Source of the DNA: Leucoraja erinacea
Lineage: Eukaryota
Length of the DNA stretch: 64,000 nucleotides
Direction: 5' to 3'
Assembly (NCBI RefSeq): GCF_028641065.1
Contig: NC_073386.1
Span: forward strand, 26,040,001-26,104,000
The stretch's first letter is position 1. Each line of letters begins with the position of its first letter. The notes beneath the pieces were generated by a model. It ran no database searches. It was not told where the DNA came from and worked only from the letters and a program-made list of their open reading frames with translations. Positions 60,110-64,000 of this stretch are shown here, piece by piece. A program made the translations under genes and the position numbers.

Positions 60110-60535
60110 CGACATTCCCGCCATCCCGGGAATTAACCTTGTAAACCTACGCTGCACTCCCTCAATAGCAAATGTCCTTCCTCAAATTAGGGGACCAAAA
60201 CTGCACACAATACTCCAGGTGTGGTCTCACTAGGCCTCTGTACACCTCCAGAAGGACCTCTTTGCTCCTATATTTGATTCCTCTTGTTATAAAGACCAAC
60301 ATACCATTCGCTTTCTTCACTGCCTGATGTACCTGCATGCTTACTTTCATAGACTGATGTACAAGGACCCCCAGATCCCGTTGTACTTCCCCTTTTGCCA
60401 ACTTGATGCCATTTAGATAGTAATCTGCCTTCCTGTTTTTGCTACCAAAGTGGATAACCTCACATTTATCCGCATTAAACATCATCTGCCATGCATCTAC
60501 CCACTCACCAAACCTGTCCAAGTCACCTTGCATAG
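60110..60535 (-). mobile_element. CR1 LINE internal fragment
   Basis: WQMMFNADKCEVIHFG...QRDLGVLV...LVRPHLEYCVQFWSP. Confidence 0.9.
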
Positions 60536-60964
60536 TGTTTATAGTGTTTATTTGATTCACAAATGTTCACTTTCACTGCTGCCACCATGTTTTGATATCT
60601 ATCTGTTTATAAAATAAGTAAACAAGTACATAATGTACAGAGAAAGATGGCTGCACAAACATTCATGTTGGAATCAAAAACAGGAATGATTTATTTCCAA
60701 GTCAAAGGTCACTGACTGATTTACTAAGCATGTGCGAGAATGAGTACAGCTCATATGCATAAATTACATGGATATTGTCACAATTTCTACTGAGCTTAAA
60801 GGAATATAGTTAATCACAAGCATATCAAATTGTTAAACAGGTGTGTATTCCTATTTTTTTGGAAAGTCACTAATATAGGAATCTTAGCACTCAATTTACA
60901 CATGGTACAGTCCCACACACAGAATTGTGATAAAAGACTTCATGATCCATGTTGGTGATATTGT

Positions 60965-61192
60965 TTAAGAAATGAATATTGGGCAGGAGATTGGGAAACC
61001 GCCTGCCTCTGCTTCAACTAAATAGCATCTCCACCTGAGAGTGCAAATGGGGCCTTGGTATGTATGGTGTCTTCTTTGAAAGGCAGCTTTTCTGATAATG
61101 CAACATTTATGTGGTACTGCACCAGTCTAGATCATTTTGCTCAAGACCAGAGTAGGATTGGTCCTACTCCACAACCTCTTGATTCTGAGGCA
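60965..61192 (-). mobile_element. Old Deu-domain SINE (SacSINE1/AmnSINE1-like)
   Basis: The minus strand retains CTTGAGCA...TCTAG.CTG...GCAGTAC...AGGCCCC...CTCTCAGGTGGA...CCAATATT of the Deu domain. Confidence 0.6.
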
Positions 61193-62364
61193 GGAATAGG
61201 ATCATCTAAGACAATCGGACGATTGTCTCCAACTCACCAGGTTAGCTGGCGTTTCTGGAACATAATTCAAATCTCCTAAATTGTTTGCTGGGATCTCGCC
61301 CCAAGGTATTTATATTGGTTCAGCCAGCATTTGGATGGATTTTGTAGGGTGAGGCCCATTCACATGAAGCTGCTGGTTTTGCAATGTGTTGGTGAATGGG
61401 AGGTATATCTGACCTATGGTATTCTTGCACAACTAGGATTTGTATGTTATTTTATTTCACTTGGGTGATAAGCCTGAGCCTCCCTTTTTCATTTTATTAC
61501 CAATCCTATTTTCCATTGGATGAAAATAATGGAATGATTGAAAGTAACAGCATTTTTAACCTTGTTTGCAAGTGAAAGTATAATATTAAATAAACTCATA
61601 TATTCCTGTGACTTTCTTTCCTGATAGTTGGCTGGCCCAAGATAATTACCCATGGTTAAAAATAACACCTGAAGTTCTGGGTGTGGAAATTGAAAGCAGA
61701 GTCTTTGTTCAGAGCTATGTTTAAAATATTTCTCGCTAATCCCCAAGTTGGATGAAATTCTATTTCAATAAAATAATGGAATTGGAATCCCATATCCCAT
61801 TAAACAGTTGCCTGAAAACATTGTTGGTGTGTAGGAGGAGAAATGGTAGTGATTTGACTTTAAAACATTTGCGTGCGATTGTATATATAGTCAACATATA
61901 AAGAGACGCCTGTCAAATTAAGAGATGTGAAAGGATTGCATCACTGCATTCTTAACCTTTGCCTTGAGATTTAAGCTTTTTTGTACTTCACAGAAGGGTG
62001 GAGGTAGTCATTGTGTATAGTTCTTTTATTTTGCCGAGAAGGAAATGCCACCAGGTTGGGCAAGTGAGTTTTAATTCCAGCATCATGAAATCATTAGATG
62101 CTATTGCATAATAAAATCTGGAAGAGATGTGTGAATACATAATGAATTCAATAATATTCAATCCAGAAACCTTCTGATGTTTACTTAGATTAACATTGAC
62201 AAATACAAGAAAACAACATTTCATACAACGTGGACCATTCAGCCCATTATGTCTCAGAAAGGAATCCCATCAGTCCCATTGCCCACTAACTTCTCCATAA
62301 CCTATTTTCTCTGGCATACCCTTTAACTCCCTTGATTCCTCCTGCCCCCCCCCCCCATCTACAG

Positions 62365-64000
62365 TAGGTGCGTAGACTACCAACATGCTTTGTTTAGTTT
62401 ACAGATATTTATCTAAAACCACCTGAAACAACCTCACCCAGACAAAATCTATATGGTTGGAGGGAGAATATGTGAACTCCACTCAGATGGAACCCAGAGT
62501 CAGAATTGAACTTGGGTCCTTTGATGCAGTGAGGCCCCCACATTAAATGCTATATGAAGCACCACTCCTAATATTATACAGTTATAGACCTGTTCCCCCT
62601 GCTTGCACCCATCAGTATTATAGCCAGTGTTATGCTGGGAAAGACCTGAACCCATCAGAATTGTACCCAGTGTTGCACTGGGCCAACCCTATACTCACCT
62701 CTTCTGTAGCCTAGCATTATAGTGGGACTAGGCTACAGAAGCATAACATTATAATGCGATAGATTCAACCCATCATGTCCCACTCCAGTCTTGTATAGGG
62801 AGCGATCTATATTCTCCAGACTTGTACCCCAGTGTTACAGCAGGAGAGACATGTGCCCACCTGTATTATACCCTCATGTTATGCAGTGACTAAAAATAGG
62901 CTTCCTTGACACGAGGTGATGTTTGTGTATATTTTGTGTATATTTGTGGAAATGGAGACCAATAACGTATAAAGGACAATGGAGTTTGCAGTGACACGAA
63001 ACTTAATTACTGCAAAAATCAGGTTATTTAATCATTTCGTCATATAATGTTAATAGCACCATGTTGTTTGTTTGAAAGTCCTTCCCTACCTGGATTTCTT
63101 TGGTTTTTCCTATTTAGTGAGAGTGAGTTAAATTGACCACTTATTAAAAGCTGAAATAAACTGTAAAAATGAAAATATAGATAAATCATTATATTGAATG
63201 TTAGTCTTCCATTTAATGGCATGTTATGAAAACTTGCATTAACCGAATCAACCTCGGAGGCATCTGAATTCGATTAAGTTTCGTGCTGCAGCCTTTTGTT
63301 TGATTAGGGTGCGTAAGTTAAACAATAATGATCAGTAATGTAGATAAACATTCCCTTCCCATTAATTACTGGGTTACTTGCCCAATGATATTCAGCCCCA
63401 CCCATTAAGAAACTGCTGTAACTGGTTTATAGGTGCGTAGACTACCAACATGCTTTGTTTAGTTTACAGATATTTATCTAAAACCACCTGAAACAACCTC
63501 ACCCAGACAAAATCTATATGGTTGGAGGGAGAATATGTGAACTCCACTCAGATGGAACCCAGAGTCAGAATTGAACTTGGGTCCTTTGATGCAGTGAGGC
63601 CCCCACATTAAATGCTATATGAAGCACCACTCCTAATATTATACAGTTATAGACCTGTTCCCCCTGCTTGCACCCATCAGTATTATAGCCAGTGTTATGC
63701 TGGGAAAGACCTGAACCCATCAGAATTGTACCCAGTGTTGCACTGGGCCAACCCTATACTCACCTCTTCTGTAGCCTAGCATTATAGTGGGACTAGGCTA
63801 CAGAAGCATAACATTATAATGCGATAGATTCAACCCATCATGTCCCACTCCAGTCTTGTATAGGGAGCGATCTATATTCTCCAGACTTGTACCCCAGTGT
63901 TACAGCAGGAGAGACATGTGCCCACCTGTATTATACCCTCATGTTATGCAGTGACTAAAAATAGGCTTCCTTGACACGAGGTGATGTTTGTGTATATTTT
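62365..64000. repeat. Direct duplication, 62365-62935 = 63430-64000 (offset 1065)
   Basis: 571 bp identical by eye; the second copy runs off the end of the window. Confidence 0.95.
62560..62890. repeat. Degenerate ~40-45-bp minisatellite
   Basis: Recurrent CCCA(T/C)CAGTATTATA.CCCAGTGTTA...GACCTG units; repeated at 63625-63955. Confidence 0.65.

Overview
Eukaryotic, vertebrate genomic DNA. The repeat content (HE1-like V-SINEs, CR1/HER1-like LINEs, a Deu-domain SINE) points to a cartilaginous fish, probably a skate or ray; this is an inference. Two spliced genes lie on the + strand. (1) The last 12 coding exons of EPS15 (7212-31557) encode the coiled coil, 14 DPF motifs, the PALPPK motif and the C-terminal UIMs, with all splice phases consistent. 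(2) The first two coding exons of TTC39A (45046-45104 and 58579-58683) follow in the same order and orientation as the known EPS15-TTC39A neighbourhood. Almost all ORFs in the supplied track are transposon remnants or low-complexity sequence. Introns and intergenic DNA hold Rex1/Babar and CR1 LINEs, Penelope-like elements with hammerhead-like motifs, two Tc1/mariner copies, MITEs, SINEs and a 421-N gap. The most unusual observations are: a TIR element (151-1621, Harbinger-like) carrying captured pieces of a ZFP36/TIS11 tandem CCCH zinc finger in opposite orientations; a ~6.5-kb tandem array of non-autonomous Helitron-like units carrying CR1 cargo in TTC39A intron 1; 29-40 bp hairpin micro-MITEs with P-element-like ends; and short Penelope-terminus insertions with 14-bp TSDs. 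No prokaryotic-type system (CRISPR array, operon) is supported.
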